DNA of 64,000 bases from Candidatus Multivoradales bacterium (lineage in GTDB: Bacteria > Acidobacteriota > Thermoanaerobaculia > Multivoradales > JAHEKO01), in the NCBI GenBank assembly GCA_965223155.1, contig CBDCVR010000015.1, forward strand, positions 160,001 to 224,000. The letters run 5' to 3'. The notes below the pieces were generated by a model. It had not been told where the DNA came from and searched no databases. It saw nothing but the letters and a program-made list of their open reading frames with translations. The translations under genes were made by a program, and so were the position numbers. This document shows, piece after piece, positions 31,907 to 43,061 of this stretch. Each line of letters opens with the position of its first letter. The stretch's first letter is position 1.

Positions 31907-34599
31907 GCCTCGCCCCCGTTTTCGAGTTGCTCGCGTACCAGCCCGGGCACAGCCGCGAGAGCCTCGTCCAAACGCCCTACCTCCTTGCCGCCGGCCTGGG
32001 CGAAGTTGGCGCGCCCGCCACCCCGTCCACCCACGAGCTGGGCGATGCGGCTCACCAGCTTGCCGGCATGAGCGCGTTCCACCAGGTCGTCCGAGACCGC
32101 GACCAGGAGGCCGACCTTGGCGTCCGCGCGAGTGCCCAAGACTACGATGCCGCGGCCCAGCTTGGCGCGCAGCACGTCGGCCATCGAGCGCAACTCTTCG
32201 GTCGGCGCCGGCGGAACCTCGCGCACCAGAAGCGGCACCCCGGCAACCTCGACGGTTTCGGAGCCGGTACCGTCCGCCACTCCGGTCACCGCCTTGAGCC
32301 GCAGGCTCGAGAGCTCTCGCTCCAGCTCTTTGCGGCGGGCGAGAGCGGCGGCCACTTCCTCGGGCAGCGCCTCCGGGGCCACCGACAACGCGCCCGCTGC
32401 TCGTTCCAAAAGCCCGTCCCGTTGCCGCACGCGCTCGATCGCTCCCACTCCCGTGCGCGCCTCGATACGGCGCACCCCCGACGCGACACCGCGCTCGGCG
32501 ACGACCGTGAACAAACCGATCCGGCCGGTGTTGGCGACGTGGCAGCCGCCGCAGAGCTCGAGACTCTGGAGCTGACCTCCGGCGCCGAGCGCCAATGGAG
32601 GCACGCCGACCGTGCGCACGCGGTCACCATACTTCTCGCCGAAGAGCGCCATGGCTCCCGCCTCCCGCGCCTCCTCAAAGGGCCGGTCGGCAACGATCTC
32701 GGTGGCGGCCGCGCGCCGGATCCAGAGATTGACGAGATCCTCGACTTCCCGGATCTCACCCTCCTCCAGAGGCCTCCCGAACGTGAAGTCGAAGCGCAAC
32801 CGATCGGGCGCAACCAGCGAGCCGGCCTGGCGAACGCCGTCGCCCAGAACGTGCCGCAGAGCCGCGTGCAAGAGGTGGGTGGCCGTGTGATTGGCCTCGG
32901 TCGGCTCACGCCAGGCGAGCTCCACGCGCGCGGTCACGGAATCGCCGACCGCCAGCGTCCCCGACACCAGGACGATCCAGTGGAGCGAGACTCGATCCAG
33001 CTGCTGAACGTCTTCGACGCCGGCCTCACCCCCGGGCCAGACCAGGGTCCCTCGATCTCCGAGCTGGCCGCCCGCCTCGGCGTAGAGGGGAGTGCGGTCC
33101 ACGACCGCGATCGCCCGTTGCCCGGGTCTGTCGAGGCGCTCCAGGCTCTCTCCGGATTCCGCTCCGGCCTCGTAGAGGGCCAGTACCTTCGCCCCGTCGA
33201 GCTCCGTGCGGTCGTACCCGACGAAGTCCGTCTCCGGGATCCCGGCCGACGCGATCGCGTCTCGAATCTGGGACAGCTTCTGCCGGCTGTCGCCGGTCGC
33301 GGCACGGGAGCGCGAGCGCTGCTCGTCCAGTTCGCGCTCAAAGCCTTCTTCGTCCAACCCGAGGCTCTCCTCCTCGGCAATCTCGCGCAGGATCTCGAGC
33401 GGCAGGCCATAGGTGTCATAGAGCTTGAAGAGCACCGCTCCGTCGAGCTCTCGATCGCCCCGTGACCTGGCGGCCTCGATCGCGTCCTGAACCCGGCGCG
33501 AGCCCACCGCCAGAGTCCCGAGGAACTTCTCCTCCTCGGCCGCCACCGTGCTCGTCGATGCCGGCGCGGCGCGCTCGAGCTCGGGATACGCGTCTCCCAT
33601 CCCGGCCGAGACCGCGGGCAGAAGCCGGCCGAGGAACGGGTCCTCGAGCCCCAACGACATGCCGTACCGCACCGCCCGGCGCAAGATGCGCCGCAGAACG
33701 TAGCCGCGGCCCTCGTTGCTCGGTATCACCCCGTCGGCAAGCAGAAAGCTCACCGCGCGCAGGTGATCCGCGATGACGCGGAAGGCGACGTCGGTCTGGA
33801 GGTCCTCTCCGTAGCGGTGTCCGGAGAGCTCGGCGGTGGCTTCGAGCAGGGGCCGAAACAGGTCCGAGGCGTAGTTCGACTCCACTTTCTGGAGCACGGC
33901 CGCCACCCGCTCGAGGCCCGCACCGGTGTCGATCGAGGGATCGGGCAGTGGCGTGGTCTCTCCCGAAGCCGCGCGGTCAAACTGCATGAACACCAAGTTC
34001 CAGATCTCGAGATAGCGGCCGTCATCGCAGCCGGCCTCCCAGTCCACCGCCGGCAGCTCCGGATGAAGATCCACGAAGATCTCGCTGCAGGGTCCGCACG
34101 GGCCAGTGTCTCCCATCGCCCAGAAGTTGTCCTTGGCGCCACGGCGCAGGACCCGCTCAGCGGGAAGACTCGAATGCTCGAGCCACAGAGCTTCGGCTTC
34201 GTCGTCCTCCTCGAAGACGGTCGCGAACAACCGATCCTCGGGAATGCCCCACACCTCCGTGACCAGCTCCCAGCCAAACCGAACGGCGTCTTCCTTGAAG
34301 TAGTCGCCAAAGGAAAAGTTGCCGAGCATCTCGAAAAACGTGTGGTGCCGGTGACTGGGCCCGACGTTCTCGAGATCGTTGTGCTTGCCCGAGACCCGCA
34401 TGCACTTCTGCACGCTCGCCGCTCGCCTCGCAGGCGGCTCTTCGGCGCCCAGGAAGTAATTCTTGAAGGGCACCATGCCGGCATTGACGAAGAGCAGGGT
34501 GGCATCGCCGTGGGGCACCAGCGGCGCGCTGGGCGTGACTCGATGCCCCCTCTCCTCGAAGAACTCGAGGAAGGACCGGCGAATCGCGGCGCTTCGCAT
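31903..34599 (-). CDS. alaS: Alanine--tRNA ligase
   Basis: LFVNAGM, HHTFFEMLGNFSFGDYFK, GPCGPCSE, editing motifs HTATH and ELCGGCH, GGRGGG. Confidence 0.98.
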   Translation of the reverse strand: MRSAAIRRSFLEFFEERGHRVTPSAPLVPHGDATLLFVNAGMVPFKNYFLGAEEPPARRAASVQKCMRVSGKHNDLENVGPSHRHHTFFEMLGNFSFGDYFKEDAVRFGWELVTEVWGIPEDRLFATVFEEDDEAEALWLEHSSLPAERVLRRGAKDNFWAMGDTGPCGPCSEIFVDLHPELPAVDWEAGCDDGRYLEIWNLVFMQFDRAASGETTPLPDPSIDTGAGLERVAAVLQKVESNYASDLFRPLLEATAELSGHRYGEDLQTDVAFRVIADHLRAVSFLLADGVIPSNEGRGYVLRRILRRAVRYGMSLGLEDPFLGRLLPAVSAGMGDAYPELERAAPASTSTVAAEEEKFLGTLAVGSRRVQDAIEAARSRGDRELDGAVLFKLYDTYGLPLEILREIAEEESLGLDEEGFERELDEQRSRSRAATGDSRQKLSQIRDAIASAGIPETDFVGYDRTELDGAKVLALYEAGAESGESLERLDRPGQRAIAVVDRTPLYAEAGGQLGDRGTLVWPGGEAGVEDVQQLDRVSLHWIVLVSGTLAVGDSVTARVELAWREPTEANHTATHLLHAALRHVLGDGVRQAGSLVAPDRLRFDFTFGRPLEEGEIREVEDLVNLWIRRAAATEIVADRPFEEAREAGAMALFGEKYGDRVRTVGVPPLALGAGGQLQSLELCGGCHVANTGRIGLFTVVAERGVASGVRRIEARTGVGAIERVRQRDGLLERAAGALSVAPEALPEEVAAALARRKELERELSSLRLKAVTGVADGTGSETVEVAGVPLLVREVPPAPTEELRSMADVLRAKLGRGIVVLGTRADAKVGLLVAVSDDLVERAHAGKLVSRIAQLVGGRGGGRANFAQAGGKEVGRLDEALAAVPGLVREQLENGGEA

Positions 34600-35120
34600 C
34601 AGAGACCGACCTCGCTTCCGCTCGGGTTCCGGGGCCGCGAGCTCGAGGCCTCGCCGAGCTCGGCCAGCGCCGCCAGGATGGCGCCGTGCGAGAACCCTCG
34701 CCCATGGAGATGCCGGGCCAGCCGTTCTCGATTCCACGCTCGCCGGGCGAGCCAAGCGTCCGCGGCCTGCCTGACCAGAGCCGACTCGCCGCCTTCGAAG
34801 CTCTCGCGCACGACCTTGTCGATGGTGTCGCCAGCGGCGCCGCGGGCCCGCAGCTTGGCGCGCACCATCGCCGGACCGCTCGGCCTACGGCTCAGAAGCT
34901 CGCGGGCGAAGCGGCGCCCGCACTCCAGATCGTCGAGATAGCCCAGCTCGCCGACCCGGTCCAGAGCCGCGCCGACCTCGTCCCGCGCGAAACCGCGCTG
35001 GAGCAGCTTGCGCTCGAGCTCGGCGCGAAAGTGCGAGCGCCGGGCCAGCAAGTCCAGAGCCTTGTCGAGACACTTGGCGGGCGCCGGCCCGCGGGCGCCG
35101 CCGTGTGACGGATCCGTCAT
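34599..35120 (-). CDS. recX: Regulatory protein RecX
   Basis: ALDLLARR, ELERKL, GYLDD, LRARG, RGFS; adjacent to alaS. Confidence 0.88.
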   Translation of the reverse strand: MTDPSHGGARGPAPAKCLDKALDLLARRSHFRAELERKLLQRGFARDEVGAALDRVGELGYLDDLECGRRFARELLSRRPSGPAMVRAKLRARGAAGDTIDKVVRESFEGGESALVRQAADAWLARRAWNRERLARHLHGRGFSHGAILAALAELGEASSSRPRNPSGSEVGL

Positions 35121-35127
35121 TCGGAGC

Positions 35128-35296
35128 CTAGGAGTCCGGGCCCGAAGTCAAGAGGGTCGGGGGAGACGGTGTTGCGGCGCCCCCGCGGTGTCGCTCGCCG
35201 TCCACGATGGCACCGCATCGCCTCCTCCTGGCATCTTGCCTCTGCATCTCAAGCCCTTGCCGCACGACCGTCTTTGCCACCACCACGCGCTCCTAA
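35128..35296 (-). repeat. Intergenic element (copy B), MITE/REP-like
   Basis: Minus strand begins TTAGGAGCGCGTGGTGG on the pilT stop and ends CTCCTAG (TAGGAG/CTCCTA terminal inversion). Collinear blocks shared with copy A. Confidence 0.6.
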
Positions 35297-36462
35297 GGCT
35301 CGATCTCGAAGGGCGAATCGCCCTCCGCCTGATCGCCGTCGGCCGCCAGCTCCAGCGACGACTCCATCTGCTCGCGGGAGATATCGGCGGTGAACTGAAC
35401 GCCCTGGATCTTGAGCCGGAACTCATCGGGGTTGGATGCCCGCCGTAGCGCTTCGTCGAGGGTGATCAGGCCGCCCTTGTAGAGCTGGTACAGCGATTGG
35501 TCGAAGGTCTGCATCCCGTACTGGCTGGTGCCGAGAGCGATCTGCTCGCGGATGTACTTGGTCTTTTCCTTCTGCTCGATACATTCGCGAATGTACGAGG
35601 TCGCGATCATGACTTCGGCCGCCGGCACCCGGCCGGTGCCATCCGCGCGCGGAACCAGGCGCAAGGAGACCACCGCACGCAAGACCTGGGCGAGCTGGAT
35701 CCGGATCTGCTTCTGCTGGTGCGGAGGAAAGACCGAGATCACACGGTTGACCGTCTCGGTGGCGTCCAGGGTGTGCAGGGTCGAGAAGACCAGGTGCCCG
35801 GTCTCAGCCGCCAGCAGAGCGGTCTCGATGGTCTCGTAGTCCCGCATCTCACCGACCAGGACGACATCGGGATCCTGCCGCAGCGCCGAACGCAATGCGT
35901 GGGCGAAACTCCGCGTATCGACGTCGACCTCGCGCTGGTTGACGATCGCCTTCTTGTCGCGATGCAAGAACTCGATCGGGTCTTCGATGGTGATGATGTG
36001 TTCGGTGCGATTGGCGTTGATGTGGTCGATCATCGAGGCCAGCGTCGTGGACTTACCCGAGCCCGTGGTGCCGGTACACAGCACCAGGCCGCGCCGCTGG
36101 TCGCAGATCTTCTCCAGCACCCGCGGCAGCATCAACTCGCGAATGGTCGACACGCCGGCGGGGATGACCCGAAGAACCAGTCCCGCCGAGCCCCGCTGCT
36201 GGAACACGTTGCAGCGAAACCGGCCCAGTCCTGGCACCGAGTAGGCGATGTCCAGCTCCAGCTCGTCCTTGAACCGCTGCTTCTGGCGCGAGTTCATCAT
36301 CGAAAACGCCATGGCCACGGTGTCTTCCTGCATCAGCCGCTTGACTTCCACCAAAGGCTGCAGATCCCCGTCCACACGCACGACGGGATGACTGCCTACT
36401 TTGAGGTGCAGGTCGGAGGCACGGCGCTCGACGGCTAGCTTGAGCAGGTCATTGATATTCAT
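35293..36462 (-). CDS. pilT: PilT/PilU-family type IV pilus retraction ATPase
   Basis: ASDLHL, GTTGSGKST, TIEDPIE, LRQDPDVVLVGEMRD, STLHT, GMQTFDQSL. Confidence 0.93.
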   Translation of the reverse strand: MNINDLLKLAVERRASDLHLKVGSHPVVRVDGDLQPLVEVKRLMQEDTVAMAFSMMNSRQKQRFKDELELDIAYSVPGLGRFRCNVFQQRGSAGLVLRVIPAGVSTIRELMLPRVLEKICDQRRGLVLCTGTTGSGKSTTLASMIDHINANRTEHIITIEDPIEFLHRDKKAIVNQREVDVDTRSFAHALRSALRQDPDVVLVGEMRDYETIETALLAAETGHLVFSTLHTLDATETVNRVISVFPPHQQKQIRIQLAQVLRAVVSLRLVPRADGTGRVPAAEVMIATSYIRECIEQKEKTKYIREQIALGTSQYGMQTFDQSLYQLYKGGLITLDEALRRASNPDEFRLKIQGVQFTADISREQMESSLELAADGDQAEGDSPFEIEP

Positions 36463-36529
36463 CGCAACTCCCGATCTCGGAGCTGGAACAACCGGAAACC
36501 CTTATGGTACTTGGCGTTTCAGTCCGCGG

Positions 36530-37252
36530 TTAGCCTACCGGCCCGCTCTCGAAAGTGTCAATGCAGGCGGCGACAAGGCCGGCTCCGACGACCGCGGCGG
36601 TCTCGACCCGCAGAACCCGGGCACCCAGCGAGACGAGATCCACGCCGAGCTCCTCGATGCGCTCGACCTCGGCTTCGATAAAGCCCCCTTCCGGACCCAC
36701 GACCAGGGCGCAGCTTCGATCGATCGACCTCGAGCGCCACGGCCGGCCCCGCCGGTCCAGGCCGATGCGCACGGCGCTGCCAGCCAGAAGGGCCTCGAGC
36801 TCGTCCCAATCATGCACACCGCTCACTTCCGGAAGGGCGGCCCTGTCGGCCTGCTCCGCCGCGGCGCGGGCCACCCGGCGCAGCCGCCCCAGGGTGCCGT
36901 CGCCATAGGAGCGAGGGCCCCGCTTGCAGCGCAGGAAGCGAATGGCGGTGGCGCCGCACTCGGTCACCTTCTCCACCAACCACTCGGCGCGGGGCTTCCT
37001 GGGAGCGGCCACCAGCACTTCGATCGCGCAGCCGGGCTCGTTCGACGGTACGCGCGCACCCAGCTCTAGCCGGACACGAGATGAGGTCACCTCGATCACC
37101 TGCCCTTCCCGGGCGCCACCCCGGCCGTCGGCGCAGCGCAGAACCTCGCCCACCTGGAGCCGGCGCACACGGACATGATGATGGTGCTCGGCCCCGCGAA
37201 CGGTTGCCACGTCCCCCGCCCAAGCCTCCGGCGGCAAGAAGAGCGTGGTCAC
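36530..37252 (-). CDS. rsmE: 16S rRNA m3U1498 methyltransferase
   Basis: EKVTECG, AAEQ, VGPEGGF, SLGARVLRVETA. GTGA overlap with prmA. Confidence 0.93.
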   Translation of the reverse strand: MTTLFLPPEAWAGDVATVRGAEHHHHVRVRRLQVGEVLRCADGRGGAREGQVIEVTSSRVRLELGARVPSNEPGCAIEVLVAAPRKPRAEWLVEKVTECGATAIRFLRCKRGPRSYGDGTLGRLRRVARAAAEQADRAALPEVSGVHDWDELEALLAGSAVRIGLDRRGRPWRSRSIDRSCALVVGPEGGFIEAEVERIEELGVDLVSLGARVLRVETAAVVGAGLVAACIDTFESGPVG

Positions 37253-38112
37253 GACCGACGCTCCGCGGTCAGTCCCACCCATCCATCGAGCTCCTTCGCG
37301 CCTCCGATCTCGAGGCCGGTGGCCCGGAGACGGGCCTCGAAGGCCGATCTCCGTTCGGCCAGGATGCCGGAAAAGACGCCCAAACCGCCGGGCACCAGCA
37401 GCCCGACCAGGAGGTCCAAATGCGGCTCGATCCTTTCAGGCAGCATGTTGACCAGAGCAACGTCAAACCGGGCCCAAGGCGCCAGCGCCTCGAGGCCGCC
37501 GGCCACTAGCCCGAACGTGCGGCTGTTGAGAGTCTGGTTGTCCCGGGCCACACACGCTGCAGCCGGATCGATCTCGAGACCCACGACCCGAGCACCGGGC
37601 TCGAGGCCAGCCCGAAAAGCCAGGACACCGGTGCCGGTGCCCACGTCGAGCACTGTCTTACCGGCCAGCTCGAGCTCGTCCACCAGCTCCACGGCCAGGC
37701 GGGTCGACTCGTGCGTTCCCACCCCGAAGGCCCGGCGCACGGGCAGTCGCAGCCGTACCCGGCCCGACTCGCGGGAAGCCCTCGCCCCGGCCGGCAGGGC
37801 ATCGGAGGCTTCGTCCAGCGGCTCGATCCAGAGCCGCCGCCCGAGCCCAAACGGACGAGCTCTTTGCCGGAACCCGGCGAGCCAGTCTCGCTCCCGAAGC
37901 CCCTCGCAACCGAGCCAGACGCCGCTCCGAAGATCCGCCACCACGTCAGGGCCGGGGGTCTCCACCGCCGCGTCGAAATAGGCCACCAGGGTCGGCTCCC
38001 CGGCACCCGGCCGCGTCTCGATCCCAAGGGTGCCCGCCTCCCACAGGCGCGCGATCAGCGCGTCCTCTTCTTCGGAGGCCACGCGCAGGGTGAGCACTTG
38101 GTACGCGCTCAT
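37249..38112 (-). CDS. prmA: Ribosomal protein L11 methyltransferase
   Basis: AFGVGTHESTR, VLDVGTGTGVL, SGIL; canonical dnaJ-prmA-rsmE order. Confidence 0.9.
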   Translation of the reverse strand: MSAYQVLTLRVASEEEDALIARLWEAGTLGIETRPGAGEPTLVAYFDAAVETPGPDVVADLRSGVWLGCEGLRERDWLAGFRQRARPFGLGRRLWIEPLDEASDALPAGARASRESGRVRLRLPVRRAFGVGTHESTRLAVELVDELELAGKTVLDVGTGTGVLAFRAGLEPGARVVGLEIDPAAACVARDNQTLNSRTFGLVAGGLEALAPWARFDVALVNMLPERIEPHLDLLVGLLVPGGLGVFSGILAERRSAFEARLRATGLEIGGAKELDGWVGLTAERRS

Positions 38113-38123
38113 CGCGCCGCCGG

Positions 38124-39248
38124 TCAACCGAAAAGATCGCGAACGCGATCCAGAACCCGGCGCTCTTCCTTGACCTCGTCGCCGGCCAGCTCGGCCAGGT
38201 CGCGCAGAGCCTCGAGCTCGGCGTCCTCGAGCTCCTTCGGATGGGGAACCCGTAACCGGGCAACCACGATGTGATCGCCCTGCCCGAAGCCGTTGAGCTG
38301 TTCGATGCCCTTGCCACGCAGCCGAAACTGGGTGCCGTCGCCGGTTCCGGCGGGCACGTCCACGATCTCGTCGCCGTGCAGGGTCGCGGCGGTAACTCGG
38401 GTTCCGAGCACGGCCTGCGGGTAGCTCAGCTGGATCTCGCTCACCACGTGCGGGCCTTGCCGGTCGAAGCGCTCGTGGGGCTCGACCGCGATGTCGACGT
38501 AAAGATCTCCGGTCGGACCGCCACGACGACCGTGCTCGCCTTCGCCGCTCAGGCGCAGGCGCGTGCCGGTATCCACGCCGGCCGGAATCTTGACCTGGAT
38601 CGTCCGGGTCGCTTCCGCCCGGCCCTCTCCCCGACAGGCGCGGCAGGGATTGACGATGACCCGTCCCTCGCCACGGCACTGCGGGCAGGTTCGCGCCACG
38701 GTAAAGAAGCCCTGAGTGAATCGAACCTGGCCCTGACCGGCGCAGCCCTGACACACGTCGGCCTCGGTCCCACCTTCGCTGCCGGAGCCTGAGCACTCGG
38801 CACAGGTCTCGAGGCGGGGAATGTCGAGTTCTTCTTCGGTTCCGAAGGCCGCCTTTTCCAGGGTCAGGTGCAGCTCGTAGCGAAGGTCGGCTCCAGGCTG
38901 ACCGGCGCCGGGCCGGCGTGCCCGGCCGAAGAGATCTCCAAAGCCGAACCCGAAGAAATCTCCAAGAATGTCCGAAAAGTCTCCGAAGACCGTTGGATCG
39001 AAGCCGCCGAAGCCGCCGCCGCCGACGCCGCTATGGCCGAAGCGGTCGTAACGAGCGCGTTTCTCGGCGTCGGAGAGCACCGCGTAGGCTTCGGCCGCCC
39101 GCTTGAAACTCTCTTCCGCCGCCGCATCCCCGGGGTTGCGGTCGGGATGGAACTTGACCGCCAGCTTGCGATACGCGGCCTTGATCTCTTGCTGCGACGC
39201 CCCCCGGTCCACCCCGAGAACGTCGTAGTAATCCTGCCTGCCCGACAC
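38124..39248 (-). CDS. dnaJ: Chaperone DnaJ
   Basis: J domain with HPD, G/F region, four CxxCxGxG repeats. Confidence 0.98.
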   Translation of the reverse strand: MSGRQDYYDVLGVDRGASQQEIKAAYRKLAVKFHPDRNPGDAAAEESFKRAAEAYAVLSDAEKRARYDRFGHSGVGGGGFGGFDPTVFGDFSDILGDFFGFGFGDLFGRARRPGAGQPGADLRYELHLTLEKAAFGTEEELDIPRLETCAECSGSGSEGGTEADVCQGCAGQGQVRFTQGFFTVARTCPQCRGEGRVIVNPCRACRGEGRAEATRTIQVKIPAGVDTGTRLRLSGEGEHGRRGGPTGDLYVDIAVEPHERFDRQGPHVVSEIQLSYPQAVLGTRVTAATLHGDEIVDVPAGTGDGTQFRLRGKGIEQLNGFGQGDHIVVARLRVPHPKELEDAELEALRDLAELAGDEVKEERRVLDRVRDLFG

Positions 39249-39251
39249 CGG

Positions 39252-41075
39252 CTACCCGCTCGGTTCCTCGATGTTCTCGAGCATGAGCTCTGAGAGCTGC
39301 CGGGAGACGCTGTTCAAATCGAACATGGCCGCTTCGAGATCGGCCCGGTCGTCGTTGGCGAGCGCCATGCGCCCCTGAATCAGGGTGTCGCGCACGCGCC
39401 GGCTCTCTTCTTTCGAGAGCATCTTCTTGAACTGCTCGAAGACCCGTTCGTTGGTATAGATCAGGCCTTCGAGGCGGTTCTTGAGGCGCCGGATCTCGCG
39501 CCGCTGGCTGTCTTCCCGGCCGTGTTCCTCGGCTTCCTGAACGAGCCGCTCGATCTCGTCCTTGGTCAGGCCGCCGGCCGGATTGATCTGGAGTCCCTGG
39601 GACTTGTTGGTCGCCATGTCCCGCGCCGACACGTTGACGATGCCGTTCGAATCGATCGCGAAGTTGACCTCGATCTGAGGCACGCCGCGCGGCGCCGACG
39701 GAATCCCCACCAGCTCGAACCGGCCGAGCGACTTGTTCTCGGACGAGATCTCGCGCTCGCCCTGGAGGACGTGAATCTCTACCGTGTCCTGGTTGTCCAC
39801 GACCGTGGTGAAGATCTGGGTCGCTTTGGTCGGAATCGTCGAGTTACGCTCGATGAGCGCGGCAAAGAGTCCGCCGTGGGTCTCGACACCGAGCGACAGC
39901 GGCGTGACGTCCAGCAGGACGATGTCCTTGATGTCGCCGCGCAAGATCCCGCCCTGAATCGCGGCGCCCATGGCCACGACCTCATCAGGATTGATCTCGC
40001 GGTTCGGCTCGCGCCCGAAGATCTCTTCGACGGCCCGGTTCACCATCGGCGTCCGGGTCTGGCCGCCGATCAGCAGCACCTCCCCGATGTCCGAAGCCTT
40101 GAGGCCCGCCGCCTCCAGAGCCTCGAAACAGGGTGCCTCGGTCCGCTTGACGAGATCCGCGACAAGGCTCTCGAAGTGCTCCCGGGTCAAGGTGCGCGAA
40201 AGATGCCGCGGACCGCTCTCGTCGGCCGAGATGAACGGCAGATTGATCGGCGCCTCTTCGGCGGTCGACAGCTCACACTTGGCCCGCTCGGCGCTCTCCT
40301 TGAGACGCTGCAACGCCATCCGGTCCCGGCGCAGGTCGATCGACGTCTCGGCTTGAAACTCGTCGATCAGCCAGTTCATGATCTCCTGATCGAAATCCTC
40401 GCCGCCCAGAAACGTGTCGCCGGCCGTGGACTTCACCTCGAAGATGCCTTGAGCGAGCTCCAGGATGGAGATGTCGAAGGTGCCGCCGCCCAAGTCGTAG
40501 ACCGCGATGATATCGGCGGACTCGTCCTGATCGAGCCCATAGGAAAGGGCCGCGGCTGTGGGCTCGTTGATGATCCGCATGACCTCCAGGCCGGCGATCT
40601 CGCCGGCATCACGGGTGGCCTGGCGCTGGGCGTCGTTGAAGTAGGCCGGGACAGTGATGATGGCCTCGTCGATCTCCTCGCCCACCGCTTCTTCGGCGAA
40701 CGTCTTGATCTCGCGCAGAATAAACGCCGAGATCTCCTCCGGACTGTACTGCCGATCGCGCACTTGAATCTTGACGTCGCCGTTCGAGGCTTCGACAAGC
40801 GGGTAGGGCAGGATCTCGCGGGCGCGCTGCACCTCAGGGTCCTCGAACTTCCGACCGATCAGGCGCTTGACTGCAAAGACGGTGTTCTGCGGATTGGTGA
40901 TCGCCTGACGTTTCGCGATCTGCCCAACCAGGCGGTCGCCGTCTTCGGTGAAGGCCACGATCGAGGCCGTCGTGCGACTGCCTTCGCGATTGGCGAGGAC
41001 ACGCGGAGCGGCGACGTCGACGATAGCGACGCAGCTATTGGTGGTACCGAGGTCGATGCCCAGAATCTTGGACAC
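39252..41075 (-). CDS. dnaK: Chaperone DnaK (Hsp70)
   Basis: [49 protein letters not shown]. Confidence 0.97.
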   Translation of the reverse strand: MSKILGIDLGTTNSCVAIVDVAAPRVLANREGSRTTASIVAFTEDGDRLVGQIAKRQAITNPQNTVFAVKRLIGRKFEDPEVQRAREILPYPLVEASNGDVKIQVRDRQYSPEEISAFILREIKTFAEEAVGEEIDEAIITVPAYFNDAQRQATRDAGEIAGLEVMRIINEPTAAALSYGLDQDESADIIAVYDLGGGTFDISILELAQGIFEVKSTAGDTFLGGEDFDQEIMNWLIDEFQAETSIDLRRDRMALQRLKESAERAKCELSTAEEAPINLPFISADESGPRHLSRTLTREHFESLVADLVKRTEAPCFEALEAAGLKASDIGEVLLIGGQTRTPMVNRAVEEIFGREPNREINPDEVVAMGAAIQGGILRGDIKDIVLLDVTPLSLGVETHGGLFAALIERNSTIPTKATQIFTTVVDNQDTVEIHVLQGEREISSENKSLGRFELVGIPSAPRGVPQIEVNFAIDSNGIVNVSARDMATNKSQGLQINPAGGLTKDEIERLVQEAEEHGREDSQRREIRRLKNRLEGLIYTNERVFEQFKKMLSKEESRRVRDTLIQGRMALANDDRADLEAAMFDLNSVSRQLSELMLENIEEPSG

Positions 41076-41756
41076 CTAGCCGGTTCCTCCCTGGTCCTCA
41101 TCGTCGTCGGCTTGCGGGCCGCTCGGCGCCTCGGGCATCGCCACCTCGACCATCGAAGGCCGCAACAGCCGGTCGCCGATCCAGTACCCGGCCTGCATCT
41201 CCCGGACGATGGTGGGCTCGGACACGTCGCCGCGCTCGACCTTCGCCACCGCCTCGTGCACGAGCGGATCGAACGGATGGCCCGTGGACGGAACGCGCTC
41301 GACCTGATGCCGCTTGAGCAGATCCAGTACCTGGCGATGGATTAGATCCACCCCTTCCTTGAGATCGTTCAGGGAGCCTTCCGCCTCAAGAGCCCGCTCC
41401 AGGTTGTCGACCACCGACAGCACGTCGCGTAGGACGTCGGCCCCGGCGTACCGACGCTCGTCCTGCCGTTCCCGCTCGGTGCGCTTGCGGAAGTTCTCGA
41501 AGTCCGCCAGCGTTCTGATGGCTCGATCCCGGTGCTCCTCGACCTCGCGGCGGAGCCCCATCAACTCGTCGGCTCCCTCGGGCACCGGCGACGCTGGAGC
41601 ATCGCCGCCCCCTTCGCCCCCAACCGGGTCCTCGCCCTCCGGAGCCGCGTTCTTCTCGATCGCCTCCAGCGCTTCGCGCATGACCTCGTCGATCACGCTC
41701 GGCTCTTCGGAGCGAATCTCGATCTCCTCGGTATCGATCAGTTCGTCGTCATTCAC
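41076..41756 (-). CDS. grpE: Nucleotide exchange factor GrpE
   Basis: ADFENFRKR, DNLERAL, FDPLVHEAV, GY, LLRPSMV. Confidence 0.96.
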   Translation of the reverse strand: MNDDELIDTEEIEIRSEEPSVIDEVMREALEAIEKNAAPEGEDPVGGEGGGDAPASPVPEGADELMGLRREVEEHRDRAIRTLADFENFRKRTERERQDERRYAGADVLRDVLSVVDNLERALEAEGSLNDLKEGVDLIHRQVLDLLKRHQVERVPSTGHPFDPLVHEAVAKVERGDVSEPTIVREMQAGYWIGDRLLRPSMVEVAMPEAPSGPQADDDEDQGGTG

Positions 41757-41794
41757 GGTTACATACCTTCAGCTGGCTCGACTCCGGCGCGAGC

Positions 41795-42916
41795 TCAACG
41801 CTCCTCGAATGCCTCCTCGAGTGCCTGACCGAGGCGCTCTCCGAAATACTCCACCAGCGGAATTACTGTCTCGTAGTCCATGCGCGAGGGCCCAAAGATC
41901 CCTAGCTTACCCATCTGCCGGTCGCCGACGCCGTAGGTCGTCGCTACCAAGCTGAAATCCAACTCCGAGGTCAGGTCGCTGTCCCGGCCGATCAGGACCC
42001 GGACCCCGGGGCCTTCGATCAAGCGGTTCAGAACCTGAACCATCGTAGCCCGATCCGAGAACGTGTCCAGAAGCCGGCGCACGCGCTCGAGATCGGACAG
42101 CTCCGGTTGGTGCAAGAGGACCTCGGTGCCTTCCACGACCAACTCCGGAGCTCTGCCGCCCGACAAGGCGGCCTGAGCCAGCGCGATCGCGTTAGCGAGC
42201 AACCGGTCTACCTTGGCCCGCTCCTTCGCCATCAGGGCGATGAGCTCATCGCGAATCTCGCGGAGCCCCTTGCCCGCGAACTGGTCGTTCAGATAGTTCG
42301 AGATGCGAATCAGCTCGGCTCGCGGAACCGGCTCCGAGGTCTCGATCACCTTGTTCTCGATCGTGCCGGCGGCCCCCACCAGAACGCACAGGATCTTGTT
42401 GCCGGAAAGGTTGACGAAGTCCACGGCCCGCAGCACGGTCTGGCCGAAGGTGGGCGTCACCACGATTCCGATCTGCCGGGTCAGCTCCGACAAGAGCTGT
42501 CCGGCCGTCGCCATCAAGCGCTCGGCCCCACCGGGACGCTCGCCCAGGGTGTCGTCGATATGACGGCGCGCCCCGTCCGGGACCCGGCGGGTGTTCATGA
42601 GGCTCTCGATGTAGAGGTGGTAGGCGGCGCGGGTCGGGACCCGGCCGGCCGACGTGTGCGGCTGGCTGAGCAAGCCCAGATCCACCAGATCGGCCATGAC
42701 GTTCCGAATCGACGCCGCCGACAGGGAGTGCCGGCCGTGCTTGGCCACGGCTCGGGAGCTCACCGGCTCACCGCTGACGATGAAGGTGTGGATGATGTCC
42801 TTCAAGATGTCGCGGTCGCGCTGGTTGAGCCGCGTTCCAAGATGGGCTCGAGTTCCGCTCCGAGCCTCGGCGGCCTCGGGAGCGCTCGGCGAACCTTCTG
42901 GCAGGGTCTGGTGCAT
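41795..42916 (-). CDS. hrcA: Heat-inducible transcription repressor HrcA
   Basis: GEPVSS, SAASIRNVMADL, QPHTSAGRVPT, GPSRMDY. Start uncertain. Confidence 0.94.
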   Translation of the reverse strand: MHQTLPEGSPSAPEAAEARSGTRAHLGTRLNQRDRDILKDIIHTFIVSGEPVSSRAVAKHGRHSLSAASIRNVMADLVDLGLLSQPHTSAGRVPTRAAYHLYIESLMNTRRVPDGARRHIDDTLGERPGGAERLMATAGQLLSELTRQIGIVVTPTFGQTVLRAVDFVNLSGNKILCVLVGAAGTIENKVIETSEPVPRAELIRISNYLNDQFAGKGLREIRDELIALMAKERAKVDRLLANAIALAQAALSGGRAPELVVEGTEVLLHQPELSDLERVRRLLDTFSDRATMVQVLNRLIEGPGVRVLIGRDSDLTSELDFSLVATTYGVGDRQMGKLGIFGPSRMDYETVIPLVEYFGERLGQALEEAFEER

Positions 42917-43061
42917 GATCGACGTCGAGGGCCCGGAACCCGGCGGCGGCTGACCGTGCATAGACCAACCCTTGACCGCCGGAGGCGTCCGGAACCGGTG
43001 AATCCAGTCTATTTTACCCTAGCCGGTGGTACTATGGCTCGCTCTCGGAGCCCCTTCGGCA

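Noticed and set aside
39522-41345. 607-aa ORF antisense to dnaK
   Set aside because: Antisense shadow ORFs are well known for dnaK and expected from high-GC codon bias; it has no protein motifs.
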